60,710 nucleotides of DNA, filler included, from Globobulimina sp. (GCA_003354225.1; 17 parts of 17 records of this genome joined end to end with filler, not necessarily neighbours in it), one strand, 5' to 3'; shown: positions 22,513-35,460, numbered from the whole stretch's first letter. Notes: a model not told the origin generated them from the sequence alone. Made by a program: numbers and translations.

Positions 22513-22787
22513 TTATTTATTGTATTTTGGGTGCAATTGTAATTATTTGTGTTGATGCTGTTACTGCTTCTTTTTAATTTATATCACGTACTTTGGTTAT
22601 CCTGGCACTATGGCATGGAAACGATATCCATGCACAATGCCTCAATATCCGACTAAACGCATTTTCCTAGTTTTTAAAAGTTTCTCCGATACAATTTCTT
22701 CAAAACTTGTTCGTCAGACACCAACAAATTAAATTATTTTTCTATTAAATATTTATACAAGAAATAAAAACTATGCTAATTACTGAT

Positions 22788-23687
22788 CTATAAATGGGTT
22801 GATTGGTTTGAAACGTTCCTATCCATCACTTGAAGGTCTCCAGCGTACTTCACAGAAGGTGGGGATATGGATATCTGTTGTGTGGTTTTAACAATTTGTT
22901 TGGCGTTAATATAAATGTCATAATCGCCATATTCATAATCTATTGTTTCAGCAATTTGGGAAAGCGAACCTTTACTTAGAAACCACTGATCTGTCGGTGT
23001 CATTTCTTCTCTTTCTATTTCACACTTATTTAAACAGTTTATGCCACTCAGTACAACCTCTTCGTCTTCCAACGCATATCCCAATAAAGTCACACTTTTC
23101 TCACATACCATATTATCATCATTACTGTAGCTATGTTCCTGTTCCATCACTTCCATTACTTCCATTTGGTTGCAATTGTCTGTGCCGAATGTTACAACTT
23201 CTTCATCTTCGGTTGTATTGCTTGTATATCCCATTAAAGTTATAGACTTTGGCGAAATTATATTATCAGTTTCATCACTTTGGGTTATAGGGCCCATTAA
23301 AGTTATGGATGTTTGAGGAATCATATGCTCGTTTTCATCGTTTTTATTGTAATTCCGATCCGTATGGCTGTTACCTTTGGTACGTTTCTGTGCTTTTCTT
23401 TGAAAGTATGTGTCAAATGGTTTCCTGAATGTTATCATTAGTGGCAACTGCGAATACGTATTTTTATAGAGAGAAAATATTTCCTTTGCTCCTATATTTT
23501 CAATGTTTTCATCACCAAATTTAATTAATTTACTCCCAATTATTACCTTGTTATAAGCAATTGTGTCCAGATCAATTGCACTGACAAATAAGTTTTTATC
23601 TTTGTCTGATTTGCGTGATATCCATGTCATTCCAAATGGTTTGGACTGAAAAGTTACAGTATATTCATCTAACAAACTTGTAGTCAT
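22788..23687 (-). CDS. PDZ-like domain protein with a repetitive acidic tail
   Basis: YTVTFQSKPFGM...IGSKLIKF...LPLMITFRKP, with repeated SITLMG/SVTLLG units. Confidence 0.6.
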   Translation of the reverse strand: MTTSLLDEYTVTFQSKPFGMTWISRKSDKDKNLFVSAIDLDTIAYNKVIIGSKLIKFGDENIENIGAKEIFSLYKNTYSQLPLMITFRKPFDTYFQRKAQKRTKGNSHTDRNYNKNDENEHMIPQTSITLMGPITQSDETDNIISPKSITLMGYTSNTTEDEEVVTFGTDNCNQMEVMEVMEQEHSYSNDDNMVCEKSVTLLGYALEDEEVVLSGINCLNKCEIEREEMTPTDQWFLSKGSLSQIAETIDYEYGDYDIYINAKQIVKTTQQISISPPSVKYAGDLQVMDRNVSNQSTHL

Positions 23688-23755
23688 TATATATTTATCG
23701 ATGTGACTAATTAAATTATAAAAACATCATCAGTCAAAAAAAACTGTTTAAGCAA

Positions 23756-23950
23756 ATGGACACGTTTTGGAATACTATCGAAACGTTATCAGATGAAACT
23801 GTTAACAATGTGTTAAATGAAATCGATGAAAAAAAGGAGGATACATTTGATTGGAAAGATATTGCTCAACGAGTACGAACTAATGACGTTGAGTATATTA
23901 AAAACCTCATCGTTGGTCAACAAATTGATGTTAACCGACAAGATAATTAA
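23756..23950 (+). pseudogene. Truncated ankyrin-repeat gene start
   Basis: VRTNDVEYIKNLI...IDVNRQD resembles an ankyrin repeat; the ORF ends immediately after it. Confidence 0.4.
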
Positions 23951-24036
23951 TATTTCCTTTTGTTTTGACTCATGCTGTAAATTATTAAAAGTTTTAATTA
24001 AATTTAAGAACCTAAGCTACTCACAAGACTCAAAAG

Positions 24037-24959
24037 ATGGTAATGTCATTCTTATTCAGAATCATTATTCCAATATCGGTAATATGTGTGTTGTTTACAT
24101 TCGGATGCTCGATGATTTTATGGTATTCAAATAAATCAAATCATGGAGATTTTGGGAAACTGTCAACGTTTCAAGAATCACAACAAATAACAACAACAAA
24201 TGAAACTTCATTTTTCCCATTTTATATTTTTCAAATTGGATTTCATAAAACTGGCACACGGACATTATACAGTTTTTTTATGGATAATAATGTGAATTCC
24301 GTACATTACAAGAAATTTAGTTTATTGTCACAAAACTCAAAAGTAAGTCTACCATCAATAATGACTTATGCATATTTTCATAATGAATCTATTTTAGGTG
24401 ATATGCCATATTATTATCAATATTATGGTGATTTTGGTCTTTATCCCGGCACAGAAATAAAAGCAAAGTTCTCAGGCACAGCTCCTTGGTATAAAATATT
24501 ATTACAACAATATCCATTTTATAATTTTAAATTTATTTTAAATATTCGTAATATTAATCATTGGTTAAAATCACGTTATTTTCATGCAAATGGTTTCATG
24601 CTCAATGCATTCAAAAATAATGATAATTCTGATAATTCATTCACTGATAATGATGATATTGAAATTGATGTTAACATTTTGTTTTTGTGGAAAAAACAAT
24701 GGTATCAATATATGTGTAATTTGTTAACATTTTTTAAAGAAAACAATTTATTGAATGATTTAATCATTTATGACATTGAAAATGAGCCATTAAATAAAAT
24801 AATTGATTATTTTGCTAAATTTAATTTGACATTGAATGAAAAAAAAGAAAAACTTCATATCGGAGGGACACGGCTAGAAAAAAAAAGTTTAACACGGTTA
24901 CAAAAATGGCAAAATATTACTCATAAATATCCACAATTTTTGTTAAATGATGGTGATGA
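24037..24959 (+). CDS. Type II membrane sulfotransferase-family (P-loop) protein (3' partial)
   Basis: N-terminal TM helix, IFQIGFHKTGTRTL and KFILNIRNINHWLKSR. Confidence 0.8.
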
Positions 24960-25313
24960 NNNNNNNNNNNNNNNNNNNNNNNNNNNNNNNNNNNNNNNNN
25001 NNNTTAATTAATTAANNNNNNNNNNNNNNNNNNNNNNNNNNNNNNNNNNNNNNNNNNNNACAATAAATTCACCAAAAACAAACAGGAAAAGCTCAACATC
25101 ATTAAACAAGCAATCAAGAACGAGGTCGGATAGTTACTCAAAAATATATGACTTTACAAAATCGAAAGTTGTACGATCGATCTAGTAAAATGACATTTGA
25201 ATCACTACCACAATTTATAATTGTTTCTGTTTCTTGGAGAACAACGCAGTTTTTTGTTTGAAAAACATTTTTGCAAAGTATAAAATAAGTAGATAATCCC
25301 CTATATATAAAAC

Positions 25314-26157
25314 ATGTCAAGCAACTTAAACACAGATGGTCGAGGTCAGCGTGGTGCATCTTATATGGACCAATACGATTCAGCAAACGCAGGCGGCGGA
25401 TATGACGATAAGTCAAAAGATAGCAGTGGTTTAGAAGGCTGTGCAAAGTTAAATTATATAAAAAAGAAAATAAAGCAAATTGCAACTGCAACATGTATAA
25501 AATGTAATATCCAGATGTACGAAACACACCTTATTTGGCGTCAATTTCATAATGCTTTTAATCGGAGTGGCATTAATCGTGGTCGTTTTTTTCATAAAAA
25601 ATTCTTCTTCTTCGACAGGAGACACTGCCATCGGTTTAAATGATACGGTCGTTTGGTTGGGCGTAGCTTCAGGCGCATTAATTATAATTGTTTCGTTCTT
25701 AGGATGTGTCGGGGTATGATCTCCATTATATACTTAATATTATATCCTTGCACTTGATGCAATATTTGATATGCAGGCCACCACAAAATCGAAATGTATA
25801 TTGATAGTGTTCATAATATTGTTGTTATTGTGCTTAGTCACAGAGTTGGCAGCAATTATCATAGTGTTTGCCGCTGAGGATTTTTTGCCTCGCACTGCAG
25901 AGACACAATGGAATAATTTATCAGCATCACAAAAGGCAAAGTATGAGAGCGATAATAATTGCTTAGGATTTGATGGCTGTTATTCGTCGATTCAGACCGG
26001 ATTGAAAAATAATATGATGATCATCGGTGGTATCACTATCGGTATATTTGTGTACCAATTAGTAATGACAATATTTGCCTGTTGCCTTTGCACCAAACTC
26101 TCAAAGACAGAACATAATAAACAGAATTTGGATCATTTGGATTCCTACGCGGTGTAA
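25314..26157 (+). CDS. Tetraspanin-family protein (introns 25448-25514 and 25714-25776)
   Basis: Spliced product ...CAKCTKHTLFGVNFIMLLIGVALI...IIVSFLGCVGATTKSKCILIVF...EL..., with four TM helices and a Cys-containing large loop. Confidence 0.8.
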
Positions 26158-26644
26158 TTCAGTAAAAACATATGGATATTTTTAAAATAGCTTTATATTC
26201 TAATTTTTCGTTTATCTCTTAATTTATAGTTATTGTCTCTTTCTTTTTTTAAAATTAAAATATTGTTCTTTCCCAAAAAAATTAGTTTTAATTTGGTTTT
26301 TTTGGTTGATTTTTTATGTTTGTTTTGTTTTTTTTTGTCTGTTTCTTCCAAGAAAATTAATTATTTTTGGTTTGTCAGATCGATCCTTAGTGTTTAAAAC
26401 CTCACCGAGAGGTTTTAAATACCTATGATCAGATTGTAAAGTTAGCATTCATTCAAAGTAGGTAACTAAATATTAAATAATGTATTAAATTTTATCATTG
26501 GATTTGGATGCTTCAGCCTTCAGTGCAAGGATTAACGGCATGTCTTCAATAAATAAATCTTGAAAAAAGAGAGCAACGAAATCAAACAGCGAAAAATGAT
26601 CGAGATGTGTACAAAATCAGTAACAAATAACAATTATTTCCTTT

Positions 26645-27868
26645 TTACTCATCATAAAGTATGTGATCGCTCCAACCAAATCTAGCAACACTCCAATTGC
26701 AATTTGAGACATCCACATCCAGCTTAAGTTTAATTGCGTTCTCATCCAACAAATTATGTTTTATATTAAATTGTGCATATTTAATAAATATATCATTCAA
26801 AATATCGATTCCATGAATATCGACACAGTCATTATTGCTTAGGTCAATATATTCAAGTTTTGGTATTCTATTTTGCAACTCCTTAATATCAATATCCTCC
26901 TTTTGTTCATCATCTAATATCAAAAATTTTGTGTAGAATGTATGTATTATATGGCATGTTTTATTTGTGATGCCCGTTCTATCTAAATTTAAATACATCA
27001 ATCCCGGACATTGTTTGTATAAAACAGTTAATAACTTCTCAATACACTCATCATTAATTTTTTTATTCCCACTAAAAAATAGATTTCTTAATCTAAACAA
27101 CTGCGTAGTTCTAAGCATTAAGGCATTGCATAGAATGTTAATGCTCGTATTGTCCAAATTCGATTTATCAAAATGTGTATCTCTAAATATAACACAATTA
27201 TTGTCACACGTTGCTAAAATATCGCCTATCCACTGTACCATGGACTGGTTATTATTGGCTATCTCATGCATATAAATATGTATTATCGTTGTTGGTAAAT
27301 AATGTTTCTCTTTATTTATATCAGCAATCTGTAATGTTTTCAATTGCTGCGCTATAATTTCCTCCTCTTCTTTATCACGATCGGCAAACAATAATTCGCC
27401 TTCATACTCATCGTCTGATAAACGGCACATTGTAACGTCTGCATTTTGCAACTTCAATAAATGTTGGATTGACTCTATCTTTTTATTGATTTGAATGCCA
27501 CAGATTTTATGGTAAAATATTATGTAATATTTTAGTGAAAGTAATATATTCATTGGGAGAGAGTCAAAATAGTAAAAATTAAAAGCATATTTGGGTAAAT
27601 CGTTGCTGCGCTTTGTTTTGATGCTGCTCGTCATCCATTCGATGTTGTTGACCCAATACTTTATATCGGATTTATAAAACGAATAAAATGGATATTGCGA
27701 TATGCATAGTAAATTGTTTAAATCTCGGCAACAAACACAGAGTTTAAATCGTTCAAATGGTTCCAAATAATTGCAAACAGTTATCCATAAATCATCTGCT
27801 AAATCTGTGCCAAAATTAATTGTGTCTAGTAAGCTCGTGTTATCTTTTGATTCTTGAAACTGTTCCAT
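26645..27868 (-). CDS. F-box-like plus RNI-type LRR protein
   Basis: LADDLWITVCNYLEPFERFKLCVCCRDLN, then LRR units LFFSGNKKI, LNLDRTGIT and IDLSNN. Confidence 0.7.
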   Translation of the reverse strand: MEQFQESKDNTSLLDTINFGTDLADDLWITVCNYLEPFERFKLCVCCRDLNNLLCISQYPFYSFYKSDIKYWVNNIEWMTSSIKTKRSNDLPKYAFNFYYFDSLPMNILLSLKYYIIFYHKICGIQINKKIESIQHLLKLQNADVTMCRLSDDEYEGELLFADRDKEEEEIIAQQLKTLQIADINKEKHYLPTTIIHIYMHEIANNNQSMVQWIGDILATCDNNCVIFRDTHFDKSNLDNTSINILCNALMLRTTQLFRLRNLFFSGNKKINDECIEKLLTVLYKQCPGLMYLNLDRTGITNKTCHIIHTFYTKFLILDDEQKEDIDIKELQNRIPKLEYIDLSNNDCVDIHGIDILNDIFIKYAQFNIKHNLLDENAIKLKLDVDVSNCNWSVARFGWSDHILYDE

Positions 27869-27966
27869 TACTGTTGCTGTGACAAACTACAAACAATAAT
27901 TAACAAAGAGTAGTCTTACAGAGTACATGATGCTGTAACAAAAACCATTAAAAAACCCACATTTAC

Positions 27967-28537
27967 ATGGAACTCAATGTCAACACTACCTCCCGTACAT
28001 CTCGTACATTATCATTGCTTCAATTTAGTGTGATGATATTTGTGATGATGTCAGCAGGTCCGTTCGGATTGGAATATCTAGTTAAATCTGGTGGGCCTTT
28101 TTATACCATTTTATCATTTTCTGTAATACCATTTTTATTTTCATTGCCCCAGTCCTTAATGTGCGCTGAATTGAATTCTATGATGCCATGCAAGTTTGGT
28201 TTCCCATTGCAACCCTTAAAAAAGTAATACATTATTAATAATTATATAGTCATGGATATATAGTATGGGTTTATCGCGGATTAGGTGAATTTTGGGGGTT
28301 TGTAAATGCATTCAATTCTATCTTGGCGACATGCTTAGATTTGCCGCTATTTCCAGTGTTGATGGTAAATTATTTTATTGCTATATTCGATTCAAACGAA
28401 GACGCATTGACAGTGCCATGGATTGCAACATATTTGCTCAAATTCATGGTAGTATTCATTGGAATGGTATTGAATGTCATGAACATTAAAATTATTGGTA
28501 CCACAATGGTTATATTTACAATTATCATATTATTACC
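27967..28537 (+). CDS. APC-superfamily amino acid/polyamine permease (intron 28194-28249; 3' partial)
   Basis: SAGPFGLEYLVKSGGP, FSLPQSLMCAEL..MP, and NHGYIVWVYRGLGEFWGF after splicing. Confidence 0.85.
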
Positions 28538-29064
28538 NNNNNNNNNNNNNNNNNNNNNNNNNNNNNNNNNNNNNNNNNNNNTTAATTAATTAANNNNNNN
28601 NNNNNNNNNNNNNNNNNNNNNNNNNNNNNNNNNNNNNTTTATTGCCATATTTAATCTTAATCGGTGGATATGTATCTTATATGAGGTTGAAACGAGTAAT
28701 TCATTGAATACTCTTAAATATCCAAAGATGGTCAAATCCTCATTAATTGAATGCAAATCCGAATCGATTGGAAAGCAAAATTGCATCGCATTGAATTTGA
28801 TGCTTGATGTTGGAATAAAAAACGACGACATCCTTTCACAAAAGTTTTAGTTACAGATTTTGGCATGGCACTGGCTTTTTGAGTAATTCTGTCAATTTTT
28901 TTGTGTGTTATTCATTAATATTCAATTTTCAAATCGAAGTTACCATGTTACCATGTGCTGACTTGTACATGTAGTTACTTCGCGATCTGAATGTACATAC
29001 TTCGCGCAATTAAAGGAAACATCAATTACAACCGCACAGAAACAATCAACATTTTGTTTTTACA

Positions 29065-29549
29065 TTATTCAACAACATTTTCCACAGATATTTGCAATTT
29101 GTTCGCTAAAGCAATCCTTCCATGATTCATCACAGCGCGGTGGTTCCAAACAAATAGTGGCCGCGCAATGGGTGCTATCAATCTCATCCATGTTTTTCTC
29201 AGTTTCACCTTCCATGTAAATTTTATAACTGTTGTATCATTTTCTGAGGTAAACAATTCCCATAACCCAAACCCTTCCAAATCGCCAATCGATGACATCA
29301 GCAAAGTGCTGGGTTTTACCATGCGAGTTATTTTGAGGTTAATTGCAAAACCATACGGTAAAAAGGTATTGAATTGAAAAGCATAGATGCTACCAATATC
29401 ATTTTCGTCTCCATGTTTTATTTTTGTAACGTTCACTAAAGACCACCAATCGGATATGTTTTCCATTTCTGAGTAAAGAGTCCAGACTTTGTTTATTGGG
29501 CATTGAGCTCTCCATATTGTTACAAACTCGTATTCTGAAAAGATACCAT
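29065..29549 (-). CDS. SRPBCC/polyketide-cyclase family protein (apparent 1-nt frameshift near the start)
   Basis: The frame extends upstream of the tracked ORF as SEYEFVTIWRAQCPINKVW. It continues LPY, GDLEGFGLW, W.V...K.WMRLIAPIARPLFVWNHRAVMNHG. Confidence 0.75.
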
Positions 29550-29739
29550 CAAATGTTTGACTGATTGTGTTTCAAGTTTCAACTGCATGGTTTTGATAAA
29601 TAAATGAGTTTAACATACGGTGATTGGTAAATGAGCACACATAATATTGCTATTGCTGCAATTATCCACTCAACTTTAAGTTTCATGTTTTTTATCTACT
29701 GTTTTCAAATTACTTTAGTAAAAAATACACATTCCGACA

Positions 29740-30693
29740 ATGTCAGTTGTTTACGATTACGTGGAAACCGGTGTACTGTGGATTAGTTCGATCATATTTC
29801 TGCTATTAACCATCCAACATTCGCTCAAAGCATACAGATATATGCACGTAGTCAACAAGGATGCCACCTGTAAAATTGGTTCGTTATTTTTTTTTTCATT
29901 CGTTGTTATTACTTTAGGTTTATCCTCGTGTTTATTCGGAACATTCCATACAATATTCCATCATATCGCTCATAACAGTAACGATATATATTGTGATATA
30001 TTCGTAATTTTTCTCGTAAATATATACACAACATTCAAAGCAGCGGCGTATATTGCATTAGCATTCAGATTAAAGGAAATATTCAAAGACTCCTTCACCA
30101 CTTTTTATCCAAAGACTTTTTATACTCTCTGGGTATCATTCATCACAATATTAACAATATTGCTTCAAATTGTATTTTTCGTCACATTCAATTGGCCAAA
30201 AGCCGTTGACGGCAGATGTGACGGTGGGAAAGTACCTATTTATATTTATGCGTGGTTAGTACTTCAAGATTTCTTGATTTGTGGTGTCAATTTATATTTA
30301 TACCTTCGTCCTTTATGTATTCTAACAAAAAAAACCGGATCAGCAGAATTGAAAGCCATTGTACGCAGCAATGCGATGTTGGGATCCATTTCTATGATAT
30401 CGACTATTGCTGTTTGGCTGATTTTAATTGGAACCGGCGGTGCCTACGCAATGATATACACGACTGCAGATTGTGTGACTACCACTGTTTGTATTGTATT
30501 GTTGTTTCAGTGGAATGAAGAGATGCGATATAAATTATGTTGCTGTTGTTCGAAATGGATGAAAGCAGATTTAGTAGAAGCTGACATTGGGAGTGAAATT
30601 GAAATTGGAAATGCCACAAATAATCAAAGCAAAGCAGCAGATTTGGAAAAAGCGGATAGTCTCAGCTGGGCATCAAAAAGCGGAGGTGTTTGA
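29740..30693 (+). CDS. Seven-transmembrane (GPCR-like) protein
   Basis: About seven hydrophobic segments, Cys at the start of TM3 and in loop 2, and a CCCC cluster after the last helix. Confidence 0.65.
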   Translation: MSVVYDYVETGVLWISSIIFLLLTIQHSLKAYRYMHVVNKDATCKIGSLFFFSFVVITLGLSSCLFGTFHTIFHHIAHNSNDIYCDIFVIFLVNIYTTFKAAAYIALAFRLKEIFKDSFTTFYPKTFYTLWVSFITILTILLQIVFFVTFNWPKAVDGRCDGGKVPIYIYAWLVLQDFLICGVNLYLYLRPLCILTKKTGSAELKAIVRSNAMLGSISMISTIAVWLILIGTGGAYAMIYTTADCVTTTVCIVLLFQWNEEMRYKLCCCCSKWMKADLVEADIGSEIEIGNATNNQSKAADLEKADSLSWASKSGGV

Positions 30694-31247
30694 TTGACAA
30701 AAATATGTATAAACCTGTACAGAAAATTATATATATTATACGTGTACAGAAAATATGTATAAACCGAGTTTGGATTAATGTGTACATGTTTTGTTTACGT
30801 CCATTTTTATTCAAAATATATATAAAGTATTTCATTTTTTTTGTTATTGGCTAGCACTTTTTTTTATTCCTGTGCTTGTCCTACTTTGTTCTGAAATAAT
30901 TTATATTTACTAGTCTCTGTTTTTTTTCTTCTCTTTAAATAAATAAAATTATTATTAAATCACTTTACACAAAAATCTGTGACACAATCTACTACAATAT
31001 TTATGGAATAGCAGTGACAAATCAATTTTTGGACTATATTCTGTATCCCTGGGACCAGGAGAGACCTCTGACACCACTCTTCTTCAAAAGTACAAAATTT
31101 AATAATGCGCAACACAAATTGATCAAAATTGTATTTATTTGGTTAGCACAAAAGAACTCAAAAAAAATGTGAACCTAAAAAGTCAAATATATGTAACAAA
31201 TAATAATACTAACATAATAATTTAAGAAAGTCTACTAAAAATATAGT

Positions 31248-32115
31248 TTATTTATTATAATGTCGAATATACCACATTGTGAAAATATGATTCAATTTCC
31301 AAATGAGGCTAAATATGGTATATCCAATGGGATACATCGTAAATATTTTCTGTTGACAGACTGTAATATCAAATATTCCTTTCCTGTGATATAATTTACA
31401 CAGACTTACTTCAATAAACCACTTAAAGATTTGCGAAATAAATCCATATAACTCAAGCCCTCCAAAACCCATTGAACCGTCTCTTTCACCCAAACTCAAT
31501 GTAAATATTAATGGCATTTTCCATTTCTTTTCACCATCACCATCCTCGTTCTTTGCACGCGAAGTTACGCTCCGTCCTAACAACCATTCATGATACGGTA
31601 CAAACAAAGATATATCGCCATCACCGCCCAAATATACCATCAGATCGCGTATATATTGGGCATGGATCTCGGCGGTATGCGCTAATTTAACTTCATTTAT
31701 CCGCGGCTGTTCCAGCACATCGCCCAAAGCAAAAATATTCGCAAATGCATCTTTTAGCAAAAAAAAAATAATGTTTCTGTCATTTTTTTCAGTTTCTATC
31801 GAAACAAATCAGTTTCAAACTGCATGCATGCAAAAAATCGTCAATACGCAGTTTCAAACTGATTTGTTTCGGTTTCAAACTGAAAAAAGCACCTTTTTCC
31901 TTGTTAACTCGCATCCATCCATCAACGCGAAGAAATTTCCATTTTTTGGTTAAACAGCCTTGAAATTGCTTCTCTTCTCGAAATAAATGTGAATTTGGCT
32001 CAAATCCGGCACACCGAAATATCATATCATACGCTAATATTTCTTGTTTTCGTTCTGCATTTTCCAATTTTAACTGATATCGACACATGGAACGATCAGA
32101 CCTTTTCTAATGTTC
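31248..32115 (-). CDS. AIFM2/FSP1-like FAD-dependent oxidoreductase, C-terminal part (intron 31751-31892)
   Basis: YDMIFRCAGFEPN, LRVDGWMRV, NIFALGD, KLAHTAE and LSLGERDG. The intron restores RVNKEKDAFANIF. Confidence 0.75.
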
Positions 32116-32436
32116 NNNNNNNNNNNNNNNNNNNNNNNNNNNNNNNNNNNNNNNNNNNNTTAATTAATTAANNNNNNNNNNNNNNNNNNNNNNNNNNNNN
32201 NNNNNNNNNNNNNNNTGATGCCACATGTGGAGACCCATTTGAATTGGAATTAAAACCTTATAAATTGGATTGGAATCTTTGTCAATGGATTTAATTGAAT
32301 GTTGTTTTTAACTCTTATTTGATCATTGACTTTACGACATATTGGCACTGCACTAATTATTATTGATCAACTCTTTTGATATAATTTTCATTGTGATCAT
32401 CGGACTTTAACTTTTGGAGTTAATCGCTCACAAACT

Positions 32437-33187
32437 GTGAATCCTATAATCACTCCGTCAATGATTCCCACAATAAATCCCTCAACGATTCCTACAATAA
32501 ATCCTTCAATTATTCCTTCGATACGTCCTTCAAAGCCGTCAATGGCTGCTTCAACAAATAGTCCAACGTTAATATTTAATTACAAACCTAGAAAAAACCC
32601 AATAGCGAGGGGAGAAGCGGCAGAAACGATTGAATCTGGAGAGCCCATAGTCGCAGAAAAGGAGGGTTTTAATATATGGGTATATATTGGTGGTGGCGTG
32701 TATGATTGTGGTGACTGGGATAGTTTGTATATTGTTGATTATCTGTCTGTTCTTATACTTTATGGAAAGACGCAGAATAAATATAAAGAACATAACATCG
32801 ATGGTAGACAGCAAAATTGATAATCAGTTTGCTTCAACATCTAAGTGCACAGCGGACTGTAATACTAATATGATATTTCACACTGGATATAATTTGAAGC
32901 AATTGAATGTAGCAAAAATTAGTGCGAGAAACATAGTGAAAATTAATGATAATATGGATTATTTGATGGATGATGAGTTTGTGATTAGGGGTTCCACCGC
33001 AGAAGTTGAGCATGACGTGGATGTAAATCAGGTACAACTAAACCATGTATTGGGTCCAATGCCAGATAGTGATCATATTCAGAGGGTGGATGGCATGGAG
33101 GATGAGTTTGTGATTAGGGGTTCAACTGCGTATATAGATAATGATGAGTTTAATCAAGAAAATAAAGGTGAAATGTGGACATCTTGA
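32437..33187 (+). CDS. Pro/Thr/Ser-repeat single-pass membrane protein fragment with a frameshift near 32685
   Basis: PTINPS repeats; the TM helix is split between two frames at a TATA run; DEFVIRGSTA occurs twice in the tail. Confidence 0.5.
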
Positions 33188-33296
33188 CTTGTATATATAT
33201 ATATATATAAATAGTGTTTGTATTGTGTGAGTGCATGTGTTCCTCAATAGATAAAAAAACAAACAGATATTTTCAACATTACTAGTGGAGTAAGTA

Positions 33297-35237
33297 ATGT
33301 ACAAAGAGAAAACTCAATCAGCTTCAATGTTGGAAGAAGATGAAGCCACCATCGAGATGCTTCCAATCAAAAACGAAACACCACAACACCCAACCGAGGA
33401 AGGCGGCGGCCACACCACAGTACCAAAACGTAGCCCAGCCATGGAATTACGTGACGATTCCGCCTCCTCCCATGCAGACGACTTGTCATCAGACGATGAC
33501 GCATTGACTAAATTCCTCGACGGCGACAGACCCACTTCAGCCGGTGAGCCCTCTCACAATGTCCCACGCAAATTGGTGATAAACCCATGGTGCATAACCA
33601 CCTCCATATTATTATTAATCCTCAGCATATCCATATTAATCACCGTCTTCGCGCCGCAAATATGCCAATCCGCCATCCAATCCATGCTACATTACATGGT
33701 CGACACCAACGCACACAACGCCGGCCAAGGCGGCTTCGACTTTACCAACTTATGTATGATGTTTTTCTGCATATTCAACACCTGCGTGTTTGCCATGTGC
33801 GGCAACATTGATTATTTATTGATGGTCGCATGCGGCTATCTATATGGCGACGACTCTCATGAATGGCTAACCGGCGCAGCCGTGTACATCATAGCTAATT
33901 ACATTGGATGTGGCGTGACTTTTGCTATTGGAAGGACTTTATTTAAGGATAAGTTATATTTTTTGTTCTCCAAATACGAAAAATATAGGTATTTCCAACG
34001 CGCGTTGACTGATTATTCGCTGCTAGTTTAGTGTTTTTGTAACTTGTTTTAGACGCAAAATCGCATATACTTTTGTGTGAATTTTATATTATTGTTTCAC
34101 AGTTGTCGATGGCATTGAATTTGAACCCATTTCTCCCATCGGGTTTGATCGTGTATGGCTTATCCATATCGTCCATGTCTTGGATGTATTTCTTGATCGG
34201 ACAGGCTTCGCGAATCCCAAATGTAGCCATTATGTCCTACGCAGGGTATTATATACGCAATTCTGTGGATAATGAACCGCTGGAAAATACAAATATCGAT
34301 GAGATCACCATCGCGGACGCGTATAAATGCAATCCGTATACGTATGGATTTACAGTGACTTTTTGCGTGCTATTTGCCATATTGTTGTTGGTCACTGTGT
34401 TTGCGGTGTATTTGCAGTTTCAGCGCCTTGTTTTTGGTATGTGGAGATCCGTCAGTTTGGGCTGGAATGCATGCGAATTTGCGTTCAAATGTACACTCGA
34501 TATACACAGGGGACGCATTGAAGAAACAGGAGGAAAATAGCTCTTCCTCCAACAGCGACTCTTCAGTGACAGACAGCCATTCTTTGCTCACCTCCTCGTC
34601 AGAGAGCGATGTGAGCGGCAACACTTTGGATGAATATGGATTCCCCAATGAAAAGCATATAAAATTCCTATTTGATGGCACCGAGGACACAGCAAATAAT
34701 CACAAGAGTGTTGGGGCGGACTCTGACACAAATCCCAATATAATGGATGATGATACGTACAGCGGCGCTGATGTCGAGATGCAGCAACTAAAAAAAACGA
34801 AATCTGCAAATAAAGGCAATAAAAGTAAAAGAAAAAGGAAAAAAAAGAAGAAAAAGTCGAAAACTAAGAAGAGGAAATTAAATAATAAGATATGGCAAAC
34901 CATTGTGTTGGCCACGTCGCCCACGGAGGAGAATAGTATGCTATTTGAGGAAGGACCGAAACATCGACAGAATGGACATCATAATGGCAATAAGAATGGA
35001 AATAACAACTATTTTGGGCCAAGAACATCCGTTGAGACTGGCCATGGGAATGAGAACGGAAAAAAAGAGGAGGCGAAATTGAATGGTGCGGATAAATCGG
35101 GCAAAACGAACAAAGCGAAATCGCCCCGGAGTTTAAATGGGAAGAAAATTGATTTTGGCAAATTTAATTTTTTGAAAAAAAATACAGAGGATAAAAATGT
35201 TGATGCGAGTTCACCCAAAGCTGGAAATAATGATTAA
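33297..35237 (+). CDS. TVP38/TMEM64 (VTT/SNARE-associated) membrane protein (introns 34026-34102 and 34437-34509)
   Basis: ACGYLYG, IGCGVTFAIGR and LNPFLPSGLIVYGLSIS. Two GT-AG introns join three tracked ORFs in frame. Confidence 0.75.
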
Positions 35238-35460
35238 TGAATAGATGTGTTTGAAATATGAAATGTTGTTTTACTTTATATTGTTTTTGTAGATACTTCA
35301 TTGTGTTGTATATTTTTTGTTTTTTTTTCTTTTTTTCGCTGTTGTGCGTATAATTAAGTCTGTTTTCTTTCTTTTGCTGTTTTGGTTCCTATGATATAAA
35401 AACAACACTGTTTAATTCGCAGAAACCCGACATTTTGAGCTGCTCACAGCATCCTAAAAC

